64,000 nucleotides of DNA from Candidatus Staskawiczbacteria bacterium (GTDB lineage: Bacteria; Patescibacteriota; Minisyncoccia; Minisyncoccales; Staskawiczbacteraceae). Shown here piece after piece: positions 37,939 through 47,717 of the stretch (positions are counted from its first letter, which is position 1; every line of letters begins with the position of its first letter). The notes beneath the pieces are model-generated. The model worked only from the letters and a program-made list of their open reading frames with translations. It was not told the origin of the DNA and ran no database searches. The stretch is from NCBI GenBank assembly GCA_903928565.1, contig CAIYRH010000018.1:10693-74692 (forward strand), written 5' to 3'. The position numbers and the translations under genes are program-made.

Positions 37939-38961
37939 ATGGCACTTATAGGAAAAGCATCACCAAAAGATTATAACATTCACCCTTCTTTGTACCCCTG
38001 GGCACGAGAACTTTACGACCAAGCAATTGCAAACACTTGGTACCCGCACGAAATTCCGCTAAAAGAAGATTTAGAAGATTGGGCAACAATGACCAACGAC
38101 GAAAAATATGCGGTGGAATTTGTTATGTCGTTTTTTAATCCAGCGGAGTTAGTTGTTAACAGAGTTTTGGCACTGGGAGTTTACCCATATTTAAAGTCGG
38201 CTGAATGCCATTTATATTTGGCAAAACAAATGTGGGAAGAAGCAAACCATTGTGTTGCATTTGAATATGTTTTAGAAACTTTACCACTAGACAGAACAAA
38301 AATATATGAAACACACATAACCACTCCGTCAATGAAGGCGAAGGAAGATTACATAAATGATTATGTTGCCCGAATGACCGAAGACACTTATGACGTTACA
38401 ACAGTTGAGGGCAAAAAAGATTTTATTAGAAATCTTGTGGCATACAATATTGTTATGGAAGGCGTTTGGTTTTATTCTGGGTTTATGGTTATGCTTTCTT
38501 TCAGACAAAGAAATAAGCTGAGAAATTTGGCTTCTATGATAAATTGGGTTTTACGCGACGAAAGTTTGCACTTAAAATTTGGAATAAATTTGGTTTTAAC
38601 TTTGCTTGAAGAAAACCCTGAAATTGTTTCTGCTGAATTTGCCGAGGAAATTAAAAATATAATAATTAAGGGAGTTGATTTGGAAACAGAATATAACAAA
38701 AATTTATTTCCACGTGGAATTCTTGGGTTAAACGCCGACTATGTTAACCAATATGTGCAATATGTTGCCGACAGGAGAATGGAAGAATTGGGTTTTCAGC
38801 CACATTATAACGCAACAAACCCAGCTAAATGGATGAGCACGGCAACTGACGTTTATGAGTTGGTTAACTTTTTTGAGGCACAAAACACCAACTACGAGGT
38901 TAATTCAAAATCACATAACCTGCCTACCGGACAGGCAGGCACAGAGAAACCAAAAGAATAA
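37939..38961 (+). CDS. nrdB: Ribonucleotide reductase class Ia beta subunit
   Basis: Di-iron ligands EEANHC, DESLH; 340 aa. Confidence 0.9.
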   Translation: MALIGKASPKDYNIHPSLYPWARELYDQAIANTWYPHEIPLKEDLEDWATMTNDEKYAVEFVMSFFNPAELVVNRVLALGVYPYLKSAECHLYLAKQMWEEANHCVAFEYVLETLPLDRTKIYETHITTPSMKAKEDYINDYVARMTEDTYDVTTVEGKKDFIRNLVAYNIVMEGVWFYSGFMVMLSFRQRNKLRNLASMINWVLRDESLHLKFGINLVLTLLEENPEIVSAEFAEEIKNIIIKGVDLETEYNKNLFPRGILGLNADYVNQYVQYVADRRMEELGFQPHYNATNPAKWMSTATDVYELVNFFEAQNTNYEVNSKSHNLPTGQAGTEKPKE

Positions 38962-38962
38962 A

Positions 38963-40111
38963 TTAAATTTCGCCTTTTTTTATTCTTTCGCGGATGCTTT
39001 CTACAAAAGTGTTGAAATAAAACAAATTATGAAATGTTAGAAGTTTCATGCCGGTTATTTCACCAGCTTTTAGTAAATGGCAAATGTAGTCTTTTTTGTA
39101 ATTTAAACAAACAGCGCAAACACAACCCTTGTCTAACGGTTCATTCTTTCTTAAAAATTTAGTTTGTTTTAAATTTAATTTTCCTTGGCTAGTAAAGGCA
39201 ATTCCTCGCCTGGCATAATGAGTTGGCACGGTGCAGTCGAAAGTGTCGGCGCCAGATTTTATTATTAATTCCATATCTTCTAAATAACCTACACCCAAAA
39301 GGTGCCTTGGCTTTTTTTCGGGCAATTCATCTACCACCCAGCCAATCATTTCACCCATTTTTTTCTTGTCGTTGCCAAATTCTCCACCAATTCCAAAACC
39401 GTCAAAATCCATTGCACCAATTACTTTTGCGCTTTCAATGCGCAAGTCTTTAAATTTTGAACCCTGCACAATGCCATAAAGGGCTTGTTTTGACTTTTGA
39501 GATTTTAAACAAATTTCGGCCCAGCGGTGTGTTTTTTCTAACGATTTTTTTACATAGTTGTAGTCAGCCAAGGAAGCTGTACACTCGTCGAAGGCAAAAA
39601 TAATGTCTGCGCCCAAACTTTCCTGTATTTTAATTGATTCTTTTGGGCCAATAAATAATTCGTCTCCATTTACCGGCGAGCGAAAGGTCACGCCATCGTG
39701 ATTTATTTTTATGTTTTGTGGCTGAGCTCCAGCACTAATTGAGCGCGGCAATAAACTTTTTTCAGGCGCGAGCGAAAATTTGCTGCCAGAATTGAAATCC
39801 CTTCCAAAACCTAAAGAGAAAACTTGATAACCGCCCGAGTCCGTCATAAGCGGTTTTTTCCAATTCATAAACTTATGCAGTTTTCCGGCCTTCTCTACAA
39901 TTTTCTCGCCCGGTTTTAAATGCAAATGGAAAGTATTGGAAATTAAAATTTGAGATTTTGTTTCTTCCACTTCTTTACTTTCTAAAGTTTTAACAACGGC
40001 TTGTGTGGCAACCGGAACTAAACACGGAGTTTCAACAACTCCGTGTTCTGTTTCTAAAAACCCCAACCGCGCTCTGCTTTTTGATGACTTTTTTAATATC
40101 TTAAAATTCAT
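38963..40111 (-). CDS. tgt: Queuine tRNA-ribosyltransferase
   Basis: TIM-barrel Tgt motifs, zinc site CVCAVC...H. Confidence 0.85.
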   Translation of the reverse strand: MNFKILKKSSKSRARLGFLETEHGVVETPCLVPVATQAVVKTLESKEVEETKSQILISNTFHLHLKPGEKIVEKAGKLHKFMNWKKPLMTDSGGYQVFSLGFGRDFNSGSKFSLAPEKSLLPRSISAGAQPQNIKINHDGVTFRSPVNGDELFIGPKESIKIQESLGADIIFAFDECTASLADYNYVKKSLEKTHRWAEICLKSQKSKQALYGIVQGSKFKDLRIESAKVIGAMDFDGFGIGGEFGNDKKKMGEMIGWVVDELPEKKPRHLLGVGYLEDMELIIKSGADTFDCTVPTHYARRGIAFTSQGKLNLKQTKFLRKNEPLDKGCVCAVCLNYKKDYICHLLKAGEITGMKLLTFHNLFYFNTFVESIRERIKKGEI

Positions 40112-40184
40112 GTTTAGCGATACTAATAATATACTAATCTCATACCAATGATACTAATTAGCTTCAATTCTCACAATTTTTTTT

Positions 40185-40202
40185 GGTTATCACGTGATAA
40201 CC
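40185..40202. promoter_or_regulatory. Palindrome box GGTTATCACGTGATAACC, 8 nt upstream of TTGTGA-N17-TATCAT promoter of tgt
   Basis: Perfect 18-bp palindrome. Confidence 0.6.
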
Positions 40203-40220
40203 TAAGCTTTTTTATTTCAC

Positions 40221-40412
40221 CTAACTTTTTAATAAATATTTTATATCTGTTTTTTTAATTATAAAATTGGGCCCGACTTTTACTGCTTTGATTGCTCCCC
40301 GATTAATTCTTTTCAGTACAGCCACCCGACTAATTTTTAAAAGCTTCGCCAGCTGACTCACGGATAAAAACTCACTTTTTTCTATAATAACATCTTTTAA
40401 ACTGTTGCTCAT
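40221..40412 (-). CDS. Excisionase/MerR-type helix-turn-helix DNA-binding protein (63 aa)
   Basis: LSVSQLAKLLKISRVAVLKRINRGAIKAVKVG matches the excisionase-family HTH; flanked by palindrome boxes. Confidence 0.6.
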   Translation of the reverse strand: MSNSLKDVIIEKSEFLSVSQLAKLLKISRVAVLKRINRGAIKAVKVGPNFIIKKTDIKYLLKS

Positions 40413-40436
40413 ACTACGGCTATTTACTTATATTCT

Positions 40437-40460
40437 TCAGGTTATCACGTGATAACCTGA
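40437..40460. promoter_or_regulatory. Perfect 24-bp palindrome TCAGGTTATCACGTGATAACCTGA upstream of HTH gene
   Basis: Read directly. Confidence 0.65.
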
Positions 40461-40480
40461 GACTTTCAATAAATTACAAA

Positions 40481-40900
40481 TTAGAGGTTTTTACTTAAAT
40501 AGTACCAATCCACCCCATAATAATATTTTGGAAGAACTGCATCTTTTTTATAACCCATTTTCTTATAAAAATGTATGGTTTTGGGCCACGCAGATGAGGT
40601 TTTTACAACCGATTTAACACAATTTTTTTTGATCTTTGCCCAAGCCTCAACGTGACTAAATAACTGGGTACCAACACCGCTCCCCCGCAAACCATCCTTC
40701 ACAAGCAAAGACCGAATTTCTGCAATTCCGCCCCTAATTTCAACTTGAGCATATGCGATAATTTCTTTGCCCGAATATGAGGCAAAATAAAATGTTTTTC
40801 TAGAAGGTAAGAAGTTAAACTTTTTATCATTTATTGCCCATTGTTTGTTCCCAAAACTTTCAGTCGCCGTTTTTTTAACTTCTTTAATTTGAACATTCAT
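40481..40900 (-). CDS. GNAT-family N-acetyltransferase
   Basis: Acetyl-CoA motif RGSGVGTQL; start taken at MNVQIK, since upstream in-frame codons are a translation of the palindrome. Confidence 0.65.
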   Translation of the reverse strand: MNVQIKEVKKTATESFGNKQWAINDKKFNFLPSRKTFYFASYSGKEIIAYAQVEIRGGIAEIRSLLVKDGLRGSGVGTQLFSHVEAWAKIKKNCVKSVVKTSSAWPKTIHFYKKMGYKKDAVLPKYYYGVDWYYLSKNL

Positions 40901-40908
40901 ATTTATTT

Positions 40909-40932
40909 TCAGGTTATCACGTGATAACCTGA
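40909..40932. promoter_or_regulatory. Perfect 24-bp palindrome TCAGGTTATCACGTGATAACCTGA immediately upstream of GNAT gene
   Basis: Read directly. Confidence 0.65.
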
Positions 40933-40957
40933 GCATTTATGTCTTATTGTGTCGAAA

Positions 40958-41428
40958 TTATTTGATAATCACGGGGAGGCCGAGGTTTTTGTTCTTTTCT
41001 GGTAAACCGCTGGGGTTTTCATTGCTGAAGAAGAGCGTGGCAGAGCCCTTGTAGTCCGTGGTGAATGTTAGGGTTGTTTCAAATTGAGTTGGAAATTTTG
41101 TCCAATCTGTTGTTGCCTTTAAAACGCCATCTGCTATTTTTTTACCTTTATTATCGGACAACTGAACTGTGCCAACTTGTCCTTCAAAACCTGCCCAGCC
41201 ACCGCCATTTACAGAACCCGTAATTTTTAATGGCGAAACAACCCAACCGCCGTCTTTAGGAGAATCTATTTTTATGCCCTCTACTGCTTGGTTTTGCGTT
41301 TGTGAATTTTGTTGCGAATTATTTTGTTGCGAAGTTGTGGGCGCTTTTGCCGGCACAAGAAACAAAATTCCTAACAAAATAATAAATATTATACCTAACA
41401 CGGCTAAAAGCCAAATTTCTTTTTTCAC
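40958..41428 (-). CDS. Secreted Gmad2-like Ig-fold domain protein
   Basis: Signal/TM; KIDSPKDGGWVVSPLKITGSVNGGGWAGFEG pattern. Confidence 0.4.
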   Translation of the reverse strand: MKKEIWLLAVLGIIFIILLGILFLVPAKAPTTSQQNNSQQNSQTQNQAVEGIKIDSPKDGGWVVSPLKITGSVNGGGWAGFEGQVGTVQLSDNKGKKIADGVLKATTDWTKFPTQFETTLTFTTDYKGSATLFFSNENPSGLPEKNKNLGLPVIIK

Positions 41429-41594
41429 GGGTCTGCGAGCGAGGCGAGCAGATTTGCTTCGGAAATCAAGCCCAGATATATCTTATACATTGAGGGTTTG
41501 ATTTACGCTGAATACCTTTTTCGAATTAATTGTATATCTTCATTCTACATTTTAGATAGAAAAAATAAACCCCCCTACCCACCGGCAGGCAGGC

Positions 41595-41623
41595 TTGACA
41601 TAGCCCTATAAACAAAGTATAAT
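41595..41623 (+). promoter_or_regulatory. Consensus sigma-70-type promoter TTGACA-N17-TATAAT
   Basis: cTTGACAtagccctataaacaaagTATAATaaat ~65 nt upstream of small zinc-ribbon gene. Confidence 0.55.
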
Positions 41624-41688
41624 AAATATAGTTAGTTAAAAGGTCGTTTTAGTATTTATTAGGCAAATGCCTATAAAAGAAACAAAAA

Positions 41689-41868
41689 ATGTTCGACAGA
41701 AACAATAACAGTGGAGGTTTTGTTAAAAGAGAACCTGTAAAAGGAAACTGGAAATGCTCCGAATGCGGAGTAGAAATCACAGAGCTTCCTTTTGAACCGG
41801 CTCCAGACAGACCAATCTACTGCAGAGAATGCTGGTCTAAAAAGAGACCTCCAAGATTCAGCAGGTAA
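41689..41868 (+). CDS. Small (59 aa) zinc-ribbon protein; C-x2-C...APDRPIYC-x2-C motif identical in pattern to the C-terminal ribbon of the Cys-rich array proteins
   Basis: MFDRNNNSGGFVKREPVKGNWKCSECGVEITELPFEPAPDRPIYCRECWSKKRPPRFSR; terminator-like hairpin at 41890-41915. Confidence 0.5.
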   Translation: MFDRNNNSGGFVKREPVKGNWKCSECGVEITELPFEPAPDRPIYCRECWSKKRPPRFSR

Positions 41869-41965
41869 AATTTCTGAATTTTAGAAATAATCCCCTACTC
41901 GGGGGTTATTTTTTTGCAAAAAATTCTAATAGTGATACAATAAAAAAACAATTTAAAAATAAATT

Positions 41966-42364
41966 ATGGAAATTAATCCTCCCGTAAAAATTAAAGTTTT
42001 AGAAGTGGAAGGCAAGGGACGAGGTGTTGTGGCAACAGAAGATATTAACGAAGGTGAAATTATTGAATACTGCCCTATTGTTTTTATTACTAAAGAAGAA
42101 GCTGAATTTTTTGAAAAAGGAAAAACCGTTTTGAATTTTTATTATATGCAACAACCAGAAATTAACCAAGTTTGCTTAATGCTTGGTTACGGTTGCATTT
42201 ACAACCACAGCCAAACGCCTAACGCGGAAGTAGATTATGACACTGCCAGCCCAAAAGATTTTTTGTATTTTAAGGCCTTAAGAAAAATTTCTGCCGGCGA
42301 AGAAATTGTGTACGACTACCAATTTGATAATAATAAAGAAGAATTTTTACAAGATGCCAAATAA
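41966..42364 (+). CDS. SET-domain protein (putative lysine methyltransferase)
   Basis: GKGRGVVATEDINEGEIIEY, NHSQTPN, GEEIVYDY motifs. Confidence 0.55.
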   Translation: MEINPPVKIKVLEVEGKGRGVVATEDINEGEIIEYCPIVFITKEEAEFFEKGKTVLNFYYMQQPEINQVCLMLGYGCIYNHSQTPNAEVDYDTASPKDFLYFKALRKISAGEEIVYDYQFDNNKEEFLQDAK

Positions 42365-42767
42365 CGAATTTTTAGAAAACTTAAAAAACACATACTGCAG
42401 GCTGAAAGCTTCAAAGATAGAAGGTGTTGGGATTTTTGCAATAAGAAATATTCCTAAAAATACTAACCCATTTTATGGAGTTTCTAAAAGAAAGTGGCAA
42501 AAAATAAAACCAAAAGACTATAAAAATTTTGATAAAGAAATAAAAGCAATGATTGGAGATTTTTTTGCCTTTGATGAAAATGGAGAGTTTTCAATTCCCC
42601 AACATGGACTAAACGGCATGGACATATCATTTTTTCTGAATACATCTAAAAACCCTAATGTGAAAACAATAGATGACGGAACAAATTTTGTTACTACAAG
42701 AAAAATTAAAAAGGGCGAAGAACTTACCGTATTTTATGGAGATTATGACGTAAGATATAAAAAATAA
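42354..42767 (+). CDS. Second SET-domain-like protein (overlaps preceding gene by 11 nt)
   Basis: GVGIFAIRNIPKNTNPF ... KKGEELTVFYGDY. Confidence 0.45.
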   Translation: MPNNEFLENLKNTYCRLKASKIEGVGIFAIRNIPKNTNPFYGVSKRKWQKIKPKDYKNFDKEIKAMIGDFFAFDENGEFSIPQHGLNGMDISFFLNTSKNPNVKTIDDGTNFVTTRKIKKGEELTVFYGDYDVRYKK

Positions 42768-42772
42768 AAAAA

Positions 42773-44005
42773 ATGGCACAAGATCCTGACAAATTAAATG
42801 AGGGCGAAAAAACGCAGGAAACTGCCGAGCAGGATGAGGTGTCTAAACAATTGCAAGAAATGGCCAGAAACTTAGAAGCAGGCGCGCCTAATAAAGAACA
42901 AGCGGAACAAAAAACCAGAGAAATAAGAGAAAAACACGCCGGCCAAATGATTGATGATTATTTATCGCTGAGCCCAAATGAGAGAGTTTTATTTTTAACA
43001 GACACAAATCCTGTTAACACAGACCGGCCGCTTATTGAAGCGATTCAAAACCAGTTGAGAGCAAGAGGCGTAGATTTTTCTGAATTAGCAGTTAGTAAAA
43101 AAACAAAGAAAAAAGATTTTTCAACTGAAGTAAACAAAGCCGACCTTATTTGGTCTTCGTGGTCTTGGGAAGAACAGCCAAAAGGTGTTGATTTTTATGA
43201 TTTTACTGAATCTTTGCCAGATAGTGGCAAAAGAATGGCATTTTGCCCTGGTTTAACAGCCGAAGCACTAGACGAGGGAGGGGCATTAACAGAACAAAAA
43301 GACGTTTTGGAACACCGAATGAACCGAATGTTAGAGCAAGTAAAAGACGCCGAAGTAATGAGAATAACTACAGTTTATGGAACAGATTTAACCGTAAAAT
43401 TGCGCAAGGGCGACAGAAGATGGGTAACAGATGGCGGAGCAATTGAAAAAGGAATCTGGGACAACCTACCAAAAGGCGAAATATATACCACGCCAGACGA
43501 AGAACAAGCCAATGGAATTTTAATGCTTCCAGTTTTGCAAGATGAAGTTACTATGGACCAAGGCGTAGACAAATTTGTACGTTTGGAAGTGGTAAATGGA
43601 AAAATAAGAGGAATTAGCGGTGGGGCTTCAGCCGAAAAATTGAGAACATATCTGCAAGAGCACTCTTTAGATGAGAGTAACCCTGAAAGCGTTTTACAAA
43701 TTGCTGAAATTGCTTTTGGTGCCAATTCAATGGCACGAACTGGGCCATCGAACCCAGAAGGTGACTACTCTGAACAAGTTAGACCCACAGTTGAAACAGA
43801 AAAACGTTTAGGAACAATGCATATGGCTTTTGGAAGTTCGCAACACGGCTCGGACGGTGCCGACGGCCACACAGAGTCTGACGTACATTTAGATTTTGTA
43901 ATTCCCCGACACGGTTTAACAATTGAAAGTTTTAATACAGAACAAGATTTTAGACGCAATAAAAATGGTAGAAAGCTAATTGACCGCGGGGGCTGGAATT
44001 TTTAA
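42773..44005 (+). CDS. Putative aminopeptidase (M29/AmpS-like)
   Basis: GTMHMAFGSS..GHTESDVHLDF resembles HIAFG...H.D motifs; weak. Confidence 0.35.
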   Translation: MAQDPDKLNEGEKTQETAEQDEVSKQLQEMARNLEAGAPNKEQAEQKTREIREKHAGQMIDDYLSLSPNERVLFLTDTNPVNTDRPLIEAIQNQLRARGVDFSELAVSKKTKKKDFSTEVNKADLIWSSWSWEEQPKGVDFYDFTESLPDSGKRMAFCPGLTAEALDEGGALTEQKDVLEHRMNRMLEQVKDAEVMRITTVYGTDLTVKLRKGDRRWVTDGGAIEKGIWDNLPKGEIYTTPDEEQANGILMLPVLQDEVTMDQGVDKFVRLEVVNGKIRGISGGASAEKLRTYLQEHSLDESNPESVLQIAEIAFGANSMARTGPSNPEGDYSEQVRPTVETEKRLGTMHMAFGSSQHGSDGADGHTESDVHLDFVIPRHGLTIESFNTEQDFRRNKNGRKLIDRGGWNF

Positions 44006-44042
44006 TAAAAATATTTAAAATAATATAATATCATAAAATAAA

Positions 44043-45392
44043 ATGGAGAACGGACAAAATGGGCAAAATGGAAAAAACAACTTGCCCGAACCAAAAGTTA
44101 TACCGGAAAAAATAAAAAGGAAATTTTTGTTTGTTGGCTGGGAAAGTTTGTCGGGTGATTTGGCTTGGCAAATTTCTAAAGAAGGCCACGAAGTAAAAGT
44201 TAGTATAAAATCGGAAGCAGACAAAGATGTTTATGATGGCTTTTTAGATAAAGTTGGCGACTGGAAAGAATTTGTTGATTGGGCAGATGTAATTATTTTT
44301 GACGACATTGGTTTTGGAGACGTTGCAGATGAACTTAGGAAAAAAGGCAAATTGGTTGTAGGGGGCAGCGAGTATACCGACAAATTAGAAAAAGACAGAG
44401 AATTTGGTCAGTCGGAAATGAAAAGAGTTGGAATGCTTACGCTTCCCCACTGGGATTTTACCGATTACGATTCGGCATTAAAATTTATTGAAGAAAACCC
44501 CGGAAGATATGTTTATAAACCATCGGGGTTTACTCCATCTGATTCTAAGGGGCTTTTATTTTTAGGAAAGGACGACGATGGAAAAGACATTCATGAGATT
44601 ATTAGGTCAAACAAAAAAGTTTTGCAAACAAGAGTTAAAGAAATGCAACTGCAAAAATTTGTTCAAGGCGTTGAAATAGCCGTTGGCGCATTTTTTAACG
44701 GTAATGATTTTATTTATCCCATAAACGTTAATTTTGAACATAAAAAACTTTTCCCGGGCGACATTGGCCCTTTTACGGGAGAAATGGGGACATTAATGTA
44801 TTGGTCGGGGCCGAATACAATTTTTAGAATGACTTTAGATAGAATGAAAGAAGATATTAAAAAGTCTGGTTATGTTGGATATATTGATATAAATTGCATT
44901 GCCAATGGCCGAGGAATTTACCCCTTGGAATTTACTGCAAGGTTTGGCTACCCTACAATTTCTATTCAAATGGAAGGAATTATTTCCGAATGGGGAGAAT
45001 TTATGCACTCAATTGCAAAAGGAGAAAATTTTGACTTAAAAACAAAGAAGGGTTTTCAAATTGGTGTTGTTTGCGCAACTCCGCCGTGGCCTTATAGCGA
45101 CAAATCGGAGGCTAGTATTTACCACGACTTGTCTATTATTTTCAAAAAACCAAACCTGGAAGGCATACATTTGGGCGATATAAAATTAGTTGATGGAAGC
45201 TGGAGAATTGCGGGCGTTATGGGGTATGACTTAATTGTTACTGGAAATGGAGTTACAGTTGAAGACGCCAGAAAACAAGCATATGGCAGAATTGACAATA
45301 TATTGTTACAAAATATGTTTTACAGGACAGATATTGGACTTGGTTGGTATGAAGATTCCGATAAATTACAAACTTGGGGATACCTTTACTAA
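44043..45392 (+). CDS. ATP-grasp enzyme related to phosphoribosylamine-glycine ligase (PurD-like)
   Basis: N-terminal KFLFVGWESLSGDLAWQ; EHKKLFPGDIGPFTGEMG resembles PurD DHKR..D.GPNTGGMG. Confidence 0.45.
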   Translation: MENGQNGQNGKNNLPEPKVIPEKIKRKFLFVGWESLSGDLAWQISKEGHEVKVSIKSEADKDVYDGFLDKVGDWKEFVDWADVIIFDDIGFGDVADELRKKGKLVVGGSEYTDKLEKDREFGQSEMKRVGMLTLPHWDFTDYDSALKFIEENPGRYVYKPSGFTPSDSKGLLFLGKDDDGKDIHEIIRSNKKVLQTRVKEMQLQKFVQGVEIAVGAFFNGNDFIYPINVNFEHKKLFPGDIGPFTGEMGTLMYWSGPNTIFRMTLDRMKEDIKKSGYVGYIDINCIANGRGIYPLEFTARFGYPTISIQMEGIISEWGEFMHSIAKGENFDLKTKKGFQIGVVCATPPWPYSDKSEASIYHDLSIIFKKPNLEGIHLGDIKLVDGSWRIAGVMGYDLIVTGNGVTVEDARKQAYGRIDNILLQNMFYRTDIGLGWYEDSDKLQTWGYLY

Positions 45393-45415
45393 ACTTTATT
45401 TTTTAAATAACAAAA

Positions 45416-45440
45416 AAGCCCCGTAGAGCGGGGTTTTTTG
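45416..45440. terminator. Bidirectional rho-independent terminator (A-run, GCCCCG..CGGGG hairpin, T-run)
   Basis: aaaaaagccccgtagagcggggttttttg between convergent genes. Confidence 0.65.
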
Positions 45441-45450
45441 TTGAAGTTTT

Positions 45451-45657
45451 TTAATTTCTGCCTAATTTTGGCCAGACAACAATAAGGTAAATTGCTGACA
45501 AACCAACTAATACATAAACTGTGCTTACTAACCATGCCATTGAACCAAAAAGCATTGTGACTAAATTATAGTCGGGACTGATGGCTACCAATAGCCAGTT
45601 TAACCCTCCAATTATTACTAATACTAACGCAATTGCGTCTAATGTTTTAAATTTCAT
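45451..45657 (-). CDS. DUF378-like small membrane protein
   Basis: GGLNWLLVA ... VYVLVGLSAIYL pattern. Confidence 0.5.
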   Translation of the reverse strand: MKFKTLDAIALVLVIIGGLNWLLVAISPDYNLVTMLFGSMAWLVSTVYVLVGLSAIYLIVVWPKLGRN

Positions 45658-45734
45658 ATTCGATTTTATAAATTAATTCTTAAAATCGACCTTTAATATA
45701 TTATACTACAAAATTGGCAGTCAATAGAAGTGGA

Positions 45735-46211
45735 TTACTGCACAGTTACCTTTGCTGTGTCCCCCACTTTTATGCCCAGACTGTCCGAAAGCCCGCCGTT
45801 AATTTCCAAAACATAACCTGCCCTAGCAGATGAGTTAATTGACGGGCAGATTAAACTTTTGCATGGCTGAACATTTTTTGCAATAAAAACAACTTGGTTA
45901 GCAGAATTAATCCAAATCATGTCTAGCGGAATTAAAGTATCTTTCATCCAAAAAGAATACAAACCTTCATTTTCAAAAATAAAAAGCATTCCTTTATTTT
46001 CATCTAAATGGCTTCTATTCATTAACCCTTTTTCTCTTTCGGCGGTTGTTTTAGCGACTTCAACAAAAAAACATTTTTCTGCTACACAAACAGAATTATT
46101 ACTGTTTTGCGGAGTTGCAGGAGACAACGAAACTTGGGCATAATGAAAAAAAATATAACTCAAAACAATAACCAAAATTATTAACAACAATATTTCAAAC
46201 ATTATTCTCAT
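45735..46211 (-). CDS. DUF192-domain protein
   Basis: GLMNRSHLDENKGMLFIF...FWMKDTLIPLDMIWI pattern. Confidence 0.55.
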   Translation of the reverse strand: MRIMFEILLLIILVIVLSYIFFHYAQVSLSPATPQNSNNSVCVAEKCFFVEVAKTTAEREKGLMNRSHLDENKGMLFIFENEGLYSFWMKDTLIPLDMIWINSANQVVFIAKNVQPCKSLICPSINSSARAGYVLEINGGLSDSLGIKVGDTAKVTVQ

Positions 46212-46687
46212 TTTAAAGTTGAATGCCTTTTATATTCTAAATAAATAAACCCTATTACAACAATATCAAAAATTGTTAATAGCAAAAGCAATAAAGAGTG
46301 TGTGTGAAAGTATCTGTAAATTTGATAAATTGAAAATAGAGAAAAAATTCCTAAAGCCGCAGGATATGCCCACAACTTTTCCTTTAATAAAAATATGGCT
46401 AAAAATACATTTACGATGCCGTGTGCAATTAAATACACAATGGCAAAAACATGAACACCCGAGAAAATGTTACTTGAAGTTTTTAAAATAAAATTTACGA
46501 AAACATCTTTTGGGTCTTCTGAAATTTCCTGTTGAGTTAAGGCTATTATTAAATTATTTGTAATTAGCCGGCCGGATGTTGCCAAAATTGTTCCCGCTAA
46601 AACTTCAAAAAAACCAAAGAAGGCCTTTATTAAAACGCCGATATCAAAAACTTCATCAATAAATTTTTTGCTAAACATTTTTGCCAT
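46208..46687 (-). CDS. Integral membrane protein (DUF2127-like)
   Basis: 159 aa, four hydrophobic helices. Confidence 0.45.
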   Translation of the reverse strand: MAKMFSKKFIDEVFDIGVLIKAFFGFFEVLAGTILATSGRLITNNLIIALTQQEISEDPKDVFVNFILKTSSNIFSGVHVFAIVYLIAHGIVNVFLAIFLLKEKLWAYPAALGIFSLFSIYQIYRYFHTHSLLLLLLTIFDIVVIGFIYLEYKRHSTLK

Positions 46688-46955
46688 AATCTTTTTTTAT
46701 TGTAACACTTCAACAAACAACGCTCAAGAAAAAATCACCGCAGATTCGGTGATTTTTAAAGAATACGTGTCATTTATTTGCTTGTCCTCTTGTTAAGTTT
46801 TGTTCTTTTTCTTTTTTTAACCCTTCGTCCTAATCTTTTTTTATTCGCCCAAGTTGGCATATTTTTGTTTCTTTATAATATAATACCTACGACCTTTTAA
46901 TATTCTTTATATTAATATACCACAGTTTTAATAAAAATGATATAATAAGCGCAAT

Positions 46956-47681
46956 ATGGAATTATTAATTTTTGTTTATATAATTTTAGGTTTGGTGCCC
47001 AGCTTGGTTTGGTTGGCTTACTATTTAAGAGAAGACATGCACCCCGAACCGAAAAGAATGATTTTAGAAATTTTCTTTTGGGGAGCACTTATTACAATTC
47101 CCGTTTTTTTTGTTCAAGTTGGACTTGCCAATTTGTTGGAAATGACAAACTTAAACTCGACTATTTTTAGCATTATATATTGGTTTTTAATAATTGCTTT
47201 CTCTGAGGAATTTTTTAAATATTTGGTTTTTAGAGTAAAAGTTTTTAATAGTCCGCATTTAGACGAACCTTTGGATGTTATGCTTTATATGGTTGTTGCT
47301 GCATTAGGTTTTACTGCCATTGAAAACATTCTTTACTTGTTTTCGCCCGCCGGACCAATGTCTTTTGACCAATCGGTCACCAGAGCGCTAATTATGGTGC
47401 TAATTCGCTTCATTGGAGCCACTTTCTTGCATACATTGTGCTCAGCAACTGCCGGCTATTTCCTGGCCATTTCCATTCAAAAAGCAAAAAAGAAATATAT
47501 CCCACTTATTTTAGGTTTGTTAATAGCAACTGTATTACACGGATTGTATGACTTCTCTTTAATGGCAACTAACAACTATATAAAAATTGGCGTTCCCATT
47601 GCCATAATAGTCGTGCTTGCCGTTTTTGTATTTACCGGATTTTCCAGACTCCAAAAAATGAAGAGCGTTTGCAAGGTTTAA
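46956..47681 (+). CDS. PrsW-family intramembrane metalloprotease
   Basis: FSEEFFKYL, TAIENILY, HTLCSATAGY motifs; terminator at 47687-47716. Confidence 0.6.
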   Translation: MELLIFVYIILGLVPSLVWLAYYLREDMHPEPKRMILEIFFWGALITIPVFFVQVGLANLLEMTNLNSTIFSIIYWFLIIAFSEEFFKYLVFRVKVFNSPHLDEPLDVMLYMVVAALGFTAIENILYLFSPAGPMSFDQSVTRALIMVLIRFIGATFLHTLCSATAGYFLAISIQKAKKKYIPLILGLLIATVLHGLYDFSLMATNNYIKIGVPIAIIVVLAVFVFTGFSRLQKMKSVCKV

Positions 47682-47717
47682 TTATAAAATAAAAGCACCC
47701 TACCGGGTGTTTTTTTG

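Noticed and set aside
40909-40936. N-terminal extension MLRLSRDNLKIN of the GNAT ORF
   Set aside because: These codons are simply a translation of the 24-bp palindrome; the start was reassigned to the downstream Met (40900)
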